Shown here in pieces: positions 26,938 to 37,784 of a DNA stretch of 64,000 nt. The translations under genes and the position numbers were made by a program. The notes below the pieces were generated by a model. That model was not told the origin of the DNA. It worked only from the letters and a program-made list of their open reading frames with translations, and did no database searches. This stretch comes from a virus. Position 1 is the first letter of the stretch; the number at the start of each line of letters is the position of its first letter. The stretch spans positions 1 to 64,000 of IMG/VR virus record IMGVR_UViG_3300025520_000004, one strand, 5' to 3'.

Positions 26938-28608
26938 ATGCCGAGACCACGTGGGAAAAATTATGAGAAGAATCTATTCTATCGAACTCCACCAGAGTTA
27001 AGAGAGAAGGTTGTTCAAGGTAAGGCTAAAGCAGTCGAAGATCCCTCTTCCGATCCAAGGACTATGACTGTGGAGGAATTTAGAAAATCCTCTTTTTACT
27101 CACCTGCAAAATCAACAGTAAAGCAAGCAGTTGAATTAAATAATCGAATGTTTAATTTACTGGAAACAGCAAAAGACAAGAAGAGTCCAATTTATTCAGA
27201 TGATATGGTGGTCCCTGTCCAGCAAGGGATTCGTGTTAGGCCTATCTATCGTATTCCATTAGAGGATCTCAGAAACATTTCCTATGCTTCATCTCTCATT
27301 GGAGCAATTCACCAAATCATGGCCGATGATGTTTCAATGTATGCCAAAATTGGAGAGGATCCAGGATTCGAGTTTATTCTAAAGCAGAAAGATATATCAC
27401 CAACTGAGTTACAAAGAACGGAAATGCTAACATTTGCGAATCGTGTTTTCTTAATGGGAGACAAATCGCAAGGAGATTGGAGAGAACGTGAACGACTTGG
27501 GGAAGTTCTTGAAATGGCGACCAGGGACACTCTTGCAATAGATGCCGTGGCATATTTGAGAACCTTTAATCGAGCAGGAGAGATCTGTGACGTTCGTTAT
27601 CTGGATCCCGCGACTATTTTCCGTGTAGATCCAAGAAAAGGATACAAAGGCGATAAAAATATCACTCACGTTCAAATGGTGCACAATACGGTCACAGAGA
27701 CTTATGAAGCAGGACGAATTGTTTACCGGCATAAAAATAACCTTTCTGATATTCGAATGCGTGGGTTTGGATATTCGCCTATCGAGTCTTGTTTGGTTGA
27801 GATCATGTCCCTACTCTTTACCATAAAACATAACGCAGACAGATTCAATTCTAGGAATCCACCAAAGGCTATTATTTCTTCAAAGAACGCAATTCCTAAA
27901 GGAGACCAAGAGCGCATAGAGCTCATTTGGGAAAACGCGTTTTATGGACCGAGAGAAGGATTCAAGATTCCAATGATGTTTGGTGCCGGAGAAATTCAGG
28001 TCCATAACTTGGATGTATCAGATGATTTCGAATTCGATAAAATGCTTCAAATGGTTTCTTCCTTTATTATTGCAAGACACGGAATTGATCCTGCGCAGCT
28101 CGGACTTAGACTCAATCAATCGCAATCATTAGCAGAGCCTTCCATGGATGGAAGACAGCATTTTTCCAGAGACCGAGCTCATGGATCCATTATGAGTTTT
28201 CATCAAGATTGCCTCAATGAAGTTTTCGATCCGAGTGACGAAAGCCCAATCGCATTGAATTTCATCGGAGTGAAAACAGAGCAAGAGGACAAAAAAGCAG
28301 ACCTCGAAGACAAACAATTCAAAGTTAGTCGGTCACTGGATGAAATACGCAAGGCAAATGATTTACCAACCATGAAAGAGGAAGCTGAAGATTACGTGGC
28401 TCGCGGAATCATAACTGTAGAGCAGGGAAAGAAAATGGCCCGTCTCGGCCTCTTACGTGGGAATCAATATTTCAGTCAGGAGTTTGGGAAAGTCTTCGCA
28501 GACGAGGAACAAGCTCAAGGCGGTGGCGAGGAAGAGCAATCTCCAGTTTCAAGCGGTAATCAAGGAGAATTGCCTTGGGGTGAAGAGGACTTCCTACCGA
28601 ATGCGTAG
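26938..28608 (+). CDS. Portal protein
   Basis: About 556 aa. First head gene after the terminase once the cargo island is skipped. Acidic C-terminus. Call is positional. Confidence 0.6.
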   Translation: MPRPRGKNYEKNLFYRTPPELREKVVQGKAKAVEDPSSDPRTMTVEEFRKSSFYSPAKSTVKQAVELNNRMFNLLETAKDKKSPIYSDDMVVPVQQGIRVRPIYRIPLEDLRNISYASSLIGAIHQIMADDVSMYAKIGEDPGFEFILKQKDISPTELQRTEMLTFANRVFLMGDKSQGDWRERERLGEVLEMATRDTLAIDAVAYLRTFNRAGEICDVRYLDPATIFRVDPRKGYKGDKNITHVQMVHNTVTETYEAGRIVYRHKNNLSDIRMRGFGYSPIESCLVEIMSLLFTIKHNADRFNSRNPPKAIISSKNAIPKGDQERIELIWENAFYGPREGFKIPMMFGAGEIQVHNLDVSDDFEFDKMLQMVSSFIIARHGIDPAQLGLRLNQSQSLAEPSMDGRQHFSRDRAHGSIMSFHQDCLNEVFDPSDESPIALNFIGVKTEQEDKKADLEDKQFKVSRSLDEIRKANDLPTMKEEAEDYVARGIITVEQGKKMARLGLLRGNQYFSQEFGKVFADEEQAQGGGEEEQSPVSSGNQGELPWGEEDFLPNA

Positions 28609-28636
28609 TTAATTTAAAAATTTAGAAGGACAAAAC

Positions 28637-29233
28637 ATGGAAAATAAAAACGAAACAACAGACCAAGTAGCCGTGGAAGAAACACCGGAGACAATCACTG
28701 AGGAAGTAATTGAAAACACTGAGAACGAACAATCGGTCTTGGTAGAAGGCGGAGATACTGTTTCTGGCGATGGAACCGGGACTACGCTTCCCGAATTGGA
28801 TCAGGAAAATCCTTCTGATCTGAAAGAGGGGGAAGGAATAAATCCTCCTCCTGAAGAAGTGGAAGAAGAAAATCAGGGTACGGAAGATCAAGGGATTGGC
28901 TTCATTCAAGGGGAAATTGATCACCTAAGTGAGCAAGAGAAAACGGAATTGGGATACACGATTTCCGATCTTCTTGCTACTCCTAACCAGACACAGCCGA
29001 TAATCGTTTCTATGATTATTAGCGCGATTTTGGATAAGGTGAGAAGTGTGAATCCCGATGCAACTGAGGCTCTCGGCCAATTATCAAATAGAATTGTAGA
29101 ACTCGCAGCTACTCAAGACTATCTGACACTTGTTTCCGAATTTGAAGGTGTTGTTTCTAGTGGATTGCCAAATGCTACAAAGTTGTCTTTATACTCACAG
29201 CAGTTAGATCAATTTGCAAAACGATTGGGGTAA
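28637..29233 (+). CDS. Acidic head-module protein
   Basis: Very acidic N-terminal half. Position between the portal and the MuF-like gene. Confidence 0.45.
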   Translation: MENKNETTDQVAVEETPETITEEVIENTENEQSVLVEGGDTVSGDGTGTTLPELDQENPSDLKEGEGINPPPEEVEEENQGTEDQGIGFIQGEIDHLSEQEKTELGYTISDLLATPNQTQPIIVSMIISAILDKVRSVNPDATEALGQLSNRIVELAATQDYLTLVSEFEGVVSSGLPNATKLSLYSQQLDQFAKRLG

Positions 29234-30197
29234 AGAGTCCCCCTTTTTGCGAAGCAAAGCAGGAAGGGAATTTCAGTTAATTGTTGGGGATCGGCTCAAG
29301 TGGATAGAATATGTTGTACTTGGACCTGACTCCCCTACTATGTACGCATCGAAACTATATTTCAAAAAGGGTGTATTGAAATGGGGGAAGAATCTTTTTT
29401 CCAAAATATTCCCTTCTATTACAGCAAAACAATTTCCACGAAAAAGACGGCCGGCTATTATAAATATTGGAAAAGATACTGTTCTTGATGATTTGCCGGA
29501 TCCTCCAGACCAAGACTTCGATGAATGGTTGTTTGATTATTTAGAAAAAGATTGGAATCCTACTTTCAAAGAAATCGGTGAAACTGGAACATTGCTCGGA
29601 TACCTTTCAGGTTATTTAACCGGTGAGCTAAAACTTCCATTGGAAACTGTTACTGAAATGGGGATCCAAGATTATGACAAAGCACTTAAGTATAAACTTG
29701 GCTTTGGCATAGATGAAGTTTTTGAAAAAGGGAAAGTAGTTTCGAAAAAAGAAATATCAAGGCTCGCAGCAGAATATGCAAAGGAACATGGAGCGGAATG
29801 GCTTGCGATTTACAAACGAGATGACCAGGGTGAAATAATCTATGGTGAGGATGGTCAACCTGTCAGAGGTGGAAAGCCTTATGAGTATCTAACGCAAATG
29901 TGGCGTGATATGATTGTAACGGCAATTCAAGAAGGGAAGACGCTTGAACAAATGCAAAGCGATTTTGCTTATCCGGATCTATTGGATATTGTTGAAAATG
30001 GTACGATTTCATCGGAAACTTATCTTGAATTACTCAATGGTAAAGAATCAGAATTACTGCAGTTGCGATTGAATAGAAATTTTCGACGATTTGCCTGGAC
30101 AGAAGCAAGTATGGCGTTCAATGCTGGAAGGATCCGCGCGATGAGTGAATTGGGAATCGATTATGGAGTATTCCGAAAAGGGCAAAGAGTGATGTAA
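29214..30197 (+). CDS. MuF / SPP1 gp7-like minor head protein
   Basis: FRRFAWTEASMAFNAGR resembles the MuF signature. Start uncertain: TTG 29214 or ATG 29340. Confidence 0.55.
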   Translation: MQNDWGKESPFLRSKAGREFQLIVGDRLKWIEYVVLGPDSPTMYASKLYFKKGVLKWGKNLFSKIFPSITAKQFPRKRRPAIINIGKDTVLDDLPDPPDQDFDEWLFDYLEKDWNPTFKEIGETGTLLGYLSGYLTGELKLPLETVTEMGIQDYDKALKYKLGFGIDEVFEKGKVVSKKEISRLAAEYAKEHGAEWLAIYKRDDQGEIIYGEDGQPVRGGKPYEYLTQMWRDMIVTAIQEGKTLEQMQSDFAYPDLLDIVENGTISSETYLELLNGKESELLQLRLNRNFRRFAWTEASMAFNAGRIRAMSELGIDYGVFRKGQRVM

Positions 30198-30658
30198 TGA
30201 AAGATCATTATAAAGACCATTTAGAATTTCTTAGACGTGTTATTTTAAAAAAGTTTGAAGACGCAAATATGCGTCACGCAACATGGCACGATATTACACC
30301 GATCGAGGATCCTTGGGAAAAGAAATATTGGCTCATGCTTAAAGATATTTTGGATCGAGTTGATAGTTATATCAAATCCACTCCACCACAACGTTCTGGT
30401 AGAGAAGTCGTTCTCGATGCAATGGCCTTCTCTGAGATGACAGAATTTTTAGATCCTAAAAGTGCAGTATCTAAATACAGAAATGAAATGGACACGGATG
30501 AGTTTGAAACTCTCGGAATAGTTCTGCTCTCTGTGAGGAAAGCCGGAGAAGAAATCTATCTTGATGTATCTGGATCAACATTTAATCAGGAACAAAAACT
30601 CGCAGTAATAGAATCCGCAAAAGAGGTAATCGAGCGGAATGGTGGGAAATATAACTAA
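30197..30658 (+). CDS. Hypothetical head-module protein
   Basis: Tightly packed ORF. Confidence 0.45.
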   Translation: MKDHYKDHLEFLRRVILKKFEDANMRHATWHDITPIEDPWEKKYWLMLKDILDRVDSYIKSTPPQRSGREVVLDAMAFSEMTEFLDPKSAVSKYRNEMDTDEFETLGIVLLSVRKAGEEIYLDVSGSTFNQEQKLAVIESAKEVIERNGGKYN

Positions 30659-31812
30659 TGGCAAAGCAATATCTTTCTGGTGGCGGGAATCCATTTGGAG
30701 TTACCCCCGCACCTTCAGTATTTAATCCTAATCCTCCAGATGACCTTATCAGTAGGCAAGGCGAGCCTGCAATTTGGATCCGCGCAATTCCCAAAATAGG
30801 TGATCTAGACGAAACAAAAATGGCAATTCCGGGAAGTGATTCTCAATTGTATCGGATCGAACGTTATCGAAGGATGCCAACGGAAACTTTAAATCCGATG
30901 TTTTATGATGGCAATGTTGTTCAAACGAAATACGGACCAATATCCAAAATCAGATCTCTGAAAGTGTTTCGGAATGAAGATTTCGGAGGGAATTTTAATC
31001 TCTCAATTGAGAGTTTTGAGCACAATAGAATTAAGCTAAAACCAAATATTGAATTCCAGGAATATTATCAATTGGATTGCGATTATGATATCGAATCATT
31101 TACAAAATTTGAAAATGTTTCATTTATACAAGAAGAGGACGGTTTTTTACTCCATCCTGTCCAGGATGATATCATCGTAATGGTCGATTCTGTTTGGAGA
31201 GAACGTCTCGACAAATCAGGTTATGATGAGATTGGATTTAAATATGATTTTACCAAAATCTCATGTGAGACAGTGGCAGAGGCAGGCCGAAGATATTTAT
31301 TAAGCTACGTCACATTTTCTCCAATTAAAATTGGTTATAAAACGATCGATACTAAAGATGCTCGATTAGCAGAGAAAATGCTAGATGTCCAGTCAGGTGA
31401 TATTGATATCGTTGTTGGTTCCGGATTAAACATTTCAAAAGATGATATACTGATTCCACTTCGTACGCTTCGAACAGAGAAAGAAATCTTGGAAAAAGAT
31501 AAAGAAGGACGTTACCCTGTCAAATACAGCCCACTCAGAGAGATTGTGGCCGTCTATACCGACTCTATCGAGTATGAAGACTTTTGGATCGAAGACAGTA
31601 GATATGTTCGCATCTATTCTAGCGCTCTTCCAGAAAGAATAGTTTGTGTGTACCAATATAATCCTCGATATTCGATTATGCCAGATACAACGGCCTCAGC
31701 ACTAGCTGAACGTATCCAACCGAGAAAATTTATTGGGAGAATTAATCAGACAAGACTTGATCTCGGTAGAATCTTTCGCGAATCAATTTATCGTTCGGTG
31801 GAGACGGACTGA
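30658..31812 (+). CDS. Hypothetical virion-module protein
   Basis: Tightly packed ORF (ATGA-type junction). Confidence 0.5.
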   Translation: MAKQYLSGGGNPFGVTPAPSVFNPNPPDDLISRQGEPAIWIRAIPKIGDLDETKMAIPGSDSQLYRIERYRRMPTETLNPMFYDGNVVQTKYGPISKIRSLKVFRNEDFGGNFNLSIESFEHNRIKLKPNIEFQEYYQLDCDYDIESFTKFENVSFIQEEDGFLLHPVQDDIIVMVDSVWRERLDKSGYDEIGFKYDFTKISCETVAEAGRRYLLSYVTFSPIKIGYKTIDTKDARLAEKMLDVQSGDIDIVVGSGLNISKDDILIPLRTLRTEKEILEKDKEGRYPVKYSPLREIVAVYTDSIEYEDFWIEDSRYVRIYSSALPERIVCVYQYNPRYSIMPDTTASALAERIQPRKFIGRINQTRLDLGRIFRESIYRSVETD

Positions 31813-31825
31813 AACCGAAAAAAGC

Positions 31826-31862
31826 TTGAATTCTCGCATGGGGAATGCCCTTGTCACTTCCC
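31826..31862 (+). promoter_or_regulatory. Late element P3: TTGAAT-N19-TTGTCACTTCCC, then ATG
   Basis: Member of the 7-copy motif. ATG at 31863. Confidence 0.6.
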
Positions 31863-34800
31863 ATGTCAAACTCCGCATCCACTATTATACTGAACTTTAT
31901 TAAAGGAAAAAAAGGATCCGTCGGCCAAAACGTTAAGTATTATAAACGAGAATTAAAAGCTAAAGGTGGTTATCGATATTGGTATTCGAAAGAAGAATAC
32001 GAAAAAGATCATCCGGATAAAGAAACAAGTAAAGAGCTTGGGTTACTAGAAAAGATCGCTGGCTTTTTCAAAACAGATCCTAGCGATGCAAAGAAAGTTC
32101 CAAAAAAGGAATATGAGACTCACTCCATTTCTGAAAAAGGCATTTCATATCCGGAATGGACTTCTCACTTTGCAAAATATTTTGAACGTAAAGCAGAATA
32201 TGATGCAAGATTTAACCAAGAGAAAACGGCAACATCAACTAACGGTAAAATAATAGACAAAAATCAAGAAACTGTTACAAAGATTGCAGAACAAAAATCG
32301 GAATCCAAATCGATTTACAAAACTTCGATATTCCGGACTTTATTTAATTTATACGGAGAAAAAAATGTCATCGAAAGTAGCACCGGAAGAACTTTACCAG
32401 AAAATCAAAGAGAGGAATCTATCACCTCTGATGCAATACACTCCACAGTGGATTTACGAGAGCCTGGCGGGGATTTGCGAAGCAGAAAAGAAACCGATAA
32501 CAATGGACAATCTTCTACTTTACTCGGGGACGCTAAACGTGGATCTGGACATGATGTTCTCGACGGGGAGCGACTAAAGAATTTTTCCTCTCAAGTAAAA
32601 TTCATTTCAACTATGCTCGATGAAAAGGGCATAGATATCGACAAGGATCTTAACAAACCAGGTCACATCGGGCTTACTTATCGCAACCTACTTGAATTTA
32701 TTGATTCAATGCCAAAGGAAACGAAGGCTCAGATTAAAAAAACTTTCTCTCAAATCGATTTTAGAAATGGCGATATCAATCATTACTTGGATTTTCTCGT
32801 GAATGGGATGATTCAATCAATGGGGCTCAATTCAAATGTCCCTCTGTCCAGTGATGACAATGAAGAAAATGAAGTAATCAATCAAAACGCACTATCTGAA
32901 GCAATGATTGGAAATCAAAATGCAAAAAAGGATTCACCATCATTTCAACTCGTACAGGAATCTGTTCCAGAATCAAAAGGTTTCCAGAAAGAAAATAACC
33001 TTTTTGGAATAACTCCTCAAACTGAAAGGAAAATTCTTAATACGAACTTTCAGCCAAAACTTCAAGTATCGGAAGTAAAAACCATTCCTGAATTCGTAAC
33101 GATGGTCAAAGATGCACTTCTAAAAGAAGGACTCGATCAGAAAGCAGAAGAATGGGTGGACCAAGCATACAAAAGCGATGCAAAATCATTGAATGATTTG
33201 CTAAATAAGGCATATCGATTTGTTCAAATCAGTTCCGAAGATTCTAACAAGATCAGGAAAGGCTTAAAATCGATTCCTCACCAATCTAACTTGGAAACTG
33301 CTGCACAAAATGTTGAGACAATCAAAGAGAAGTTTTCCCAAAAAAAACAATTTGAAATCAATGCGAAATGCAAAGAAATTCTAGCATCGACTCCACCAAG
33401 TCAAATCACAGAAGAACAAAAAGAAATACTCCGGTTATATGAAGGTTCAGGTGGGCAGTCAACCAATGATGATGCCGAATCAAATCGGGGTATGTTGTAT
33501 CAGTTTTTTACACCAAGGAAAATGATTTCTAAAGTTCAGGATATCATGGCCAGATATCTAAAGCCGGGAGACTCAGGTTTAGAACCTAGTGCCGGTATTG
33601 GGCGTTTCGCTGAAGGTGAAGGCTCAAAATACAATTGGGATATGCTCGAATACAATCCTGATGACAATACAGCCTATCAAATCGCGCGTATCCTTCATCC
33701 CGAGGCCAATGTTTCGGACAAAGCGTTCGAGACTTTATTTGTGGATTCAAAAAATAGATCCGTAGGTGAAAACTATAAAGGGAAGAAATACAATTTTATC
33801 TCTGGGAACCCTCCTTACGGAGAGATGTCAGGAAAATTCAAAGCCATCGAAGGTAAAGGATGGAATCGTTATGAACACTATTTCATAAATCGTGGCCTTG
33901 ATACTCTTGAAGAAGGTGGGACAATGTTCTATGTGGTTCCATCCACTTTCTTGCAAGCAGGTGAAACAGCATGGAAGAAAAAGATCTTCGGTAAAGCAGA
34001 ACTTCTCGAAGCTTACCGAATGCCAGAAGGATCCTTCAGCAATACACAAATTGGAGTCGATGTAATAGTCCTTAGAAAGAATACTACAGGGACCCAGGAT
34101 AATGCCAACGCTTTCAACGGTAAGTATTTTGAGCAAAATCCAGAACATGTTTTTGGAGAAACTTTGGAAAGAACTAACAGATTTGGAAGGCCGGAAAACT
34201 ACGTTAAAGGTAAAGCCGATGCTTTCTATGAAATGAACCTCCCTGCTCCAAAAGAAATGTCTCAGGCGCAGAAGGATGCCATCTCTCTTGGCCTCATGGG
34301 CAATGAAAACGCCAAGGGGAAACGAAAAATAGAAATTGCGGAAGCAACAAAAAAGATCAATAAAACGGCCACAAAGAAAGAAGAAATCAAGAACACCATT
34401 GCAGAGAAGAAAGATCCTACAAAGAAAATTGATACTTACACGCAGGAAGAATTTAACACAAAATTCAATAAGAAGTTCACAGATAAGGATCTAGAACTTG
34501 TTCGAAACACTTCCCCTACTGGAATTATAGATGAAAAAATTCCATTCGATTCGGAAAGCATGGCTGTCCTTCCTGGTGGTGCAAGAACTCCTCTTTATCT
34601 TTATAAAGCTGGAAATATCAAACAGAAATTAATTGAACTCGAAAATTCAAAAGATGAATTGGTCTCGAAGTATGGTGAGGAACAATTTGAACGTCAAAGA
34701 AAACTCCTAATCTCGAAAGTTCCACCTAAGATCAATATCGAAGACATTACGCTAACGCCTATTGAACCGTTTTCGAAAGGAATGGTTTTCGACAATGGTG

Positions 34801-37784
34801 ACGGAAGTGAATCAACTCTGATTCAGAAATTCAAGGATTGGGTTTTAGGACAAAGAGTAGAATTTGGCTACGGGAGAAGGACGCAGGTTCGGTATGAAGG
34901 TGGAATTGACCCAAAACTTTTCAATGGGTACTCGGTAACACGGGAAGACATTATCGATTATGTGGATGGTGAAAGAGTAAGACGAAGCCAAGATTTTTCC
35001 AGTGACTTAAGAAAAGAGGAACGTAAAACCCTCGGTAATAAATACTTCAAAGAGTTTATGGATACAGTACTAACTCCATCTGAAAAAGCAAAAGTCGAAT
35101 TGGAGTGGAATGATAGATATAACGTCAATGCGAACATCGATGGATCTGAAATCCCTGTTCTCCTCGAAGGTATGTCAAAAACCTACAAAGGCGAAATCCA
35201 AGACCCTAGAGATTTGCAAATGGAGTTTGTTGCCAGATACATGGCAAAAGGTGTTGGATGTGCTACACATGAAGTCGGACTTGGAAAAACTTGGTCCGGG
35301 ATCATGTCCACTGTCTCTGCAATGCAGGCAGGCAGAACGAAAAAACCTTTGATCGTTGTCCCTACTTCCGTTCTGGAAAAATGGTACACTGAAGCTAAAG
35401 AAAGATTCCCAAATGTTCCATTCCAAATGGTAGGAACTCCGGAGCTGAATAAACTCACTGCCGATCAAGGTGGCAAGTATACTCCTCCTGAAGGGACAGT
35501 TACAATCATGTCCTATAATGCGTTTGAGACATTCGGATTTTCGGACGAAGTTTATAGCGAACTCACTTCAGATATCAAAGATAAAATAATCGATCCAAAA
35601 TCTTCGGAAGGAAAAAAAGGAAATTCCAAAGCAAGAACGGAAGCTAAAGACCAAGAGAAAGTAGAAGGAAAAATGTCCCTGGCCTTAAAGGGAACTTCCA
35701 ATCAACTTAAATTTGATGAAGCGGGTTTCGATCACCTAACAGTTGATGAAGCACACAATTTTAACAATATCTTTACTGACCAAGCATCTGGTCGATTTGG
35801 AAATAATCAAGGTACTAGTGAAGATCCTCTCAATAAAGGGAAAGAGGAAGACGAGAAAGAATCTGTAAACGAATACGCTGGCATTACTGGAGGAACTCCA
35901 TCTAGTAGAGGATGGAAAATGTGGCTCGCGTCTCAATACGTCCAAAAGAGAAATAACAACAGAAACGTTCTACTCCTCTCTGCGACTCCATTTACAAATA
36001 ATCCTCTTCAGGTGTATTCATTGCTTTCGATGATTGCGAGGGAAAAATTGCAATCGCTTGGGATAAACTCGGTAAGAGACTTCCTTGGTGCATTCGTAGA
36101 ATCTCAAGCAGAAAACGTCGTAAAAGGCGATGGAACGATTATCCGAAAAAATGTGGTGAGAAGCTGGAAAAATGCACCAGCATTCCAGGATCTCATAGCT
36201 GAATTTTTCGAATTCAAATCTGGCGATAAGAATGGAGTCAAAAGGCCAAAGCTAAAACTAAAGGCTGTCACTATCCCACTGTCCGAAGAACAAATTCAAA
36301 TTCGAGACCAATTGGAATCAATGTACGATGCTAGAGATAAGGATGGAAGCCCTCTTCCTGGAGCTCCACTTGTATCAATTGGCGTTCAGCAACTAATGGG
36401 CGTTTCACCTGCACTTGTAAAAAAGGGGGAAGGCGCAATTTGGGATACTGAGGAAGCAAAAGATATCAATCCGAATGGATCCAGGGATTTTGTTGAGCGA
36501 TCACCTAAATTGAAATATATTTGTGATTCAATCGCTGGCTTTTATAAAGCGCATCAGGATGCAAAACCTGGTGATCCAATTCCAGGACAAATCTTCTTTT
36601 TGCCGAAAGGTGTAGAGCGAATCAAGGAAGTAAAAGAATACTTGGTGAGCGTTAAAGGCCTCCCACCTGAAGCAGTCGAATTTCTTGATGCTAAATCTAA
36701 ATCTGATCCAGCAAAAGATCCCGAATTAAAAAATCGAGGAATCAAGAGGTTTACGGAAATCACGAATGATTTCAATAACATAAATGGTAAATGTAAAATC
36801 ATAATCGGAACAGATGTGATTAAAGAAGGTGTGGATCTCAATAGGAATACTGCGGTTGCATATAACTCTTGTATTGATTGGAATCCAACTACTGAAGTTC
36901 AAAAACGAGGCCGTCACCATAGACCAGGGAACCTTCTGAATAATGTGATGTGGGTTGATGTTTTAATGGAAGACTCAATCGATTCAAAACTCTATCAAAA
37001 GCAAGGTGAAAAGATTTCTAGGATCAACCAAGTTTTTGAAAAAGATGGTTCGAAGGCAATCGACATTTCCGAGATCAATCCTGACGAAATGAAATTGGAC
37101 TTAATTCGTGACCCTATTAGAAAAGCACGGTTATCTTTATTGGAAGAATCCCAAAAAATCAATGTAAAAGCTCGCGAAGCACAATCACAGGCACTTATGT
37201 ATGCAGGGCTTTCAAACGATTTTGAATCACTTACTGAAGAAATCACTGAACTCGAAGTAGATCTCGTAGATAACGAGAAATACTTAAAAGATCAAATCGA
37301 TGAGCTGAAAGCAAGTGGTATGGAGAAAAAGGATTGGGAAAACAAATGGAACTATAAGTGGGCAAAAGATAAAGTCTCGAAAACTAAAAAAGATATCTTG
37401 GAAGCAAAACGTAAACTTGAGAGAGTTGAAAACCAATTAAAATCCAAAGGTGTAAATGAGAAGACTGCCACAAAAGAGGCAGAAAAATTCCAAGCAATTG
37501 CGGACAAACTTTTTGACCAAGTGAAAGAGTATAAGGATCCAGAAACACAAAAGAAACTGGCCAAAAAATTTGCAGATGAAATTGCAAAGAGGGATAAAGA
37601 TAAAATCAAAACTCCTCTGGACCAAATGGTTCAAGCCCAAGTTGCCGAAGTTCTTGAAATGGTAGGAATCAAACAAATCCAGAAATCTCAATCTTCTAAT
37701 TTGAGTGATAGTAGAATCGTTACCCAAGCAAAGATTACAATTTTCAATTTCTTAAAAGGTAAAAAATATGGCGCGACCGTTTAA
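31863..37784 (+). CDS. Giant DarB-like N6-adenine methyltransferase plus SF2 helicase polyvalent protein
   Basis: MTase motif I LEPSAGIGRF, motif IV GNPPYG. Helicase EVGLGKT, TVDEAHNF, LLSATPF, QKRGRHHRPG. An in-frame ATG at 31845 is an alternative start. Confidence 0.8.
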   Translation: MSNSASTIILNFIKGKKGSVGQNVKYYKRELKAKGGYRYWYSKEEYEKDHPDKETSKELGLLEKIAGFFKTDPSDAKKVPKKEYETHSISEKGISYPEWTSHFAKYFERKAEYDARFNQEKTATSTNGKIIDKNQETVTKIAEQKSESKSIYKTSIFRTLFNLYGEKNVIESSTGRTLPENQREESITSDAIHSTVDLREPGGDLRSRKETDNNGQSSTLLGDAKRGSGHDVLDGERLKNFSSQVKFISTMLDEKGIDIDKDLNKPGHIGLTYRNLLEFIDSMPKETKAQIKKTFSQIDFRNGDINHYLDFLVNGMIQSMGLNSNVPLSSDDNEENEVINQNALSEAMIGNQNAKKDSPSFQLVQESVPESKGFQKENNLFGITPQTERKILNTNFQPKLQVSEVKTIPEFVTMVKDALLKEGLDQKAEEWVDQAYKSDAKSLNDLLNKAYRFVQISSEDSNKIRKGLKSIPHQSNLETAAQNVETIKEKFSQKKQFEINAKCKEILASTPPSQITEEQKEILRLYEGSGGQSTNDDAESNRGMLYQFFTPRKMISKVQDIMARYLKPGDSGLEPSAGIGRFAEGEGSKYNWDMLEYNPDDNTAYQIARILHPEANVSDKAFETLFVDSKNRSVGENYKGKKYNFISGNPPYGEMSGKFKAIEGKGWNRYEHYFINRGLDTLEEGGTMFYVVPSTFLQAGETAWKKKIFGKAELLEAYRMPEGSFSNTQIGVDVIVLRKNTTGTQDNANAFNGKYFEQNPEHVFGETLERTNRFGRPENYVKGKADAFYEMNLPAPKEMSQAQKDAISLGLMGNENAKGKRKIEIAEATKKINKTATKKEEIKNTIAEKKDPTKKIDTYTQEEFNTKFNKKFTDKDLELVRNTSPTGIIDEKIPFDSESMAVLPGGARTPLYLYKAGNIKQKLIELENSKDELVSKYGEEQFERQRKLLISKVPPKINIEDITLTPIEPFSKGMVFDNGDGSESTLIQKFKDWVLGQRVEFGYGRRTQVRYEGGIDPKLFNGYSVTREDIIDYVDGERVRRSQDFSSDLRKEERKTLGNKYFKEFMDTVLTPSEKAKVELEWNDRYNVNANIDGSEIPVLLEGMSKTYKGEIQDPRDLQMEFVARYMAKGVGCATHEVGLGKTWSGIMSTVSAMQAGRTKKPLIVVPTSVLEKWYTEAKERFPNVPFQMVGTPELNKLTADQGGKYTPPEGTVTIMSYNAFETFGFSDEVYSELTSDIKDKIIDPKSSEGKKGNSKARTEAKDQEKVEGKMSLALKGTSNQLKFDEAGFDHLTVDEAHNFNNIFTDQASGRFGNNQGTSEDPLNKGKEEDEKESVNEYAGITGGTPSSRGWKMWLASQYVQKRNNNRNVLLLSATPFTNNPLQVYSLLSMIAREKLQSLGINSVRDFLGAFVESQAENVVKGDGTIIRKNVVRSWKNAPAFQDLIAEFFEFKSGDKNGVKRPKLKLKAVTIPLSEEQIQIRDQLESMYDARDKDGSPLPGAPLVSIGVQQLMGVSPALVKKGEGAIWDTEEAKDINPNGSRDFVERSPKLKYICDSIAGFYKAHQDAKPGDPIPGQIFFLPKGVERIKEVKEYLVSVKGLPPEAVEFLDAKSKSDPAKDPELKNRGIKRFTEITNDFNNINGKCKIIIGTDVIKEGVDLNRNTAVAYNSCIDWNPTTEVQKRGRHHRPGNLLNNVMWVDVLMEDSIDSKLYQKQGEKISRINQVFEKDGSKAIDISEINPDEMKLDLIRDPIRKARLSLLEESQKINVKAREAQSQALMYAGLSNDFESLTEEITELEVDLVDNEKYLKDQIDELKASGMEKKDWENKWNYKWAKDKVSKTKKDILEAKRKLERVENQLKSKGVNEKTATKEAEKFQAIADKLFDQVKEYKDPETQKKLAKKFADEIAKRDKDKIKTPLDQMVQAQVAEVLEMVGIKQIQKSQSSNLSDSRIVTQAKITIFNFLKGKKYGATV

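Noticed and set aside
26926-26940. The conserved TTGTCACTTCCCATG might encode a conserved N-terminal peptide MSLPM from a TTG start, as the ORF track suggests for 26926, 50924 and 62892.
   Set aside because: At 17475 the TTG is out of frame with the gene (13 nt to the ATG). At 39797 the motif runs into TAA. Conservation also extends to a -35-like hexamer exactly 19 bp upstream. The signal is therefore at the DNA/RNA level, not the peptide level.
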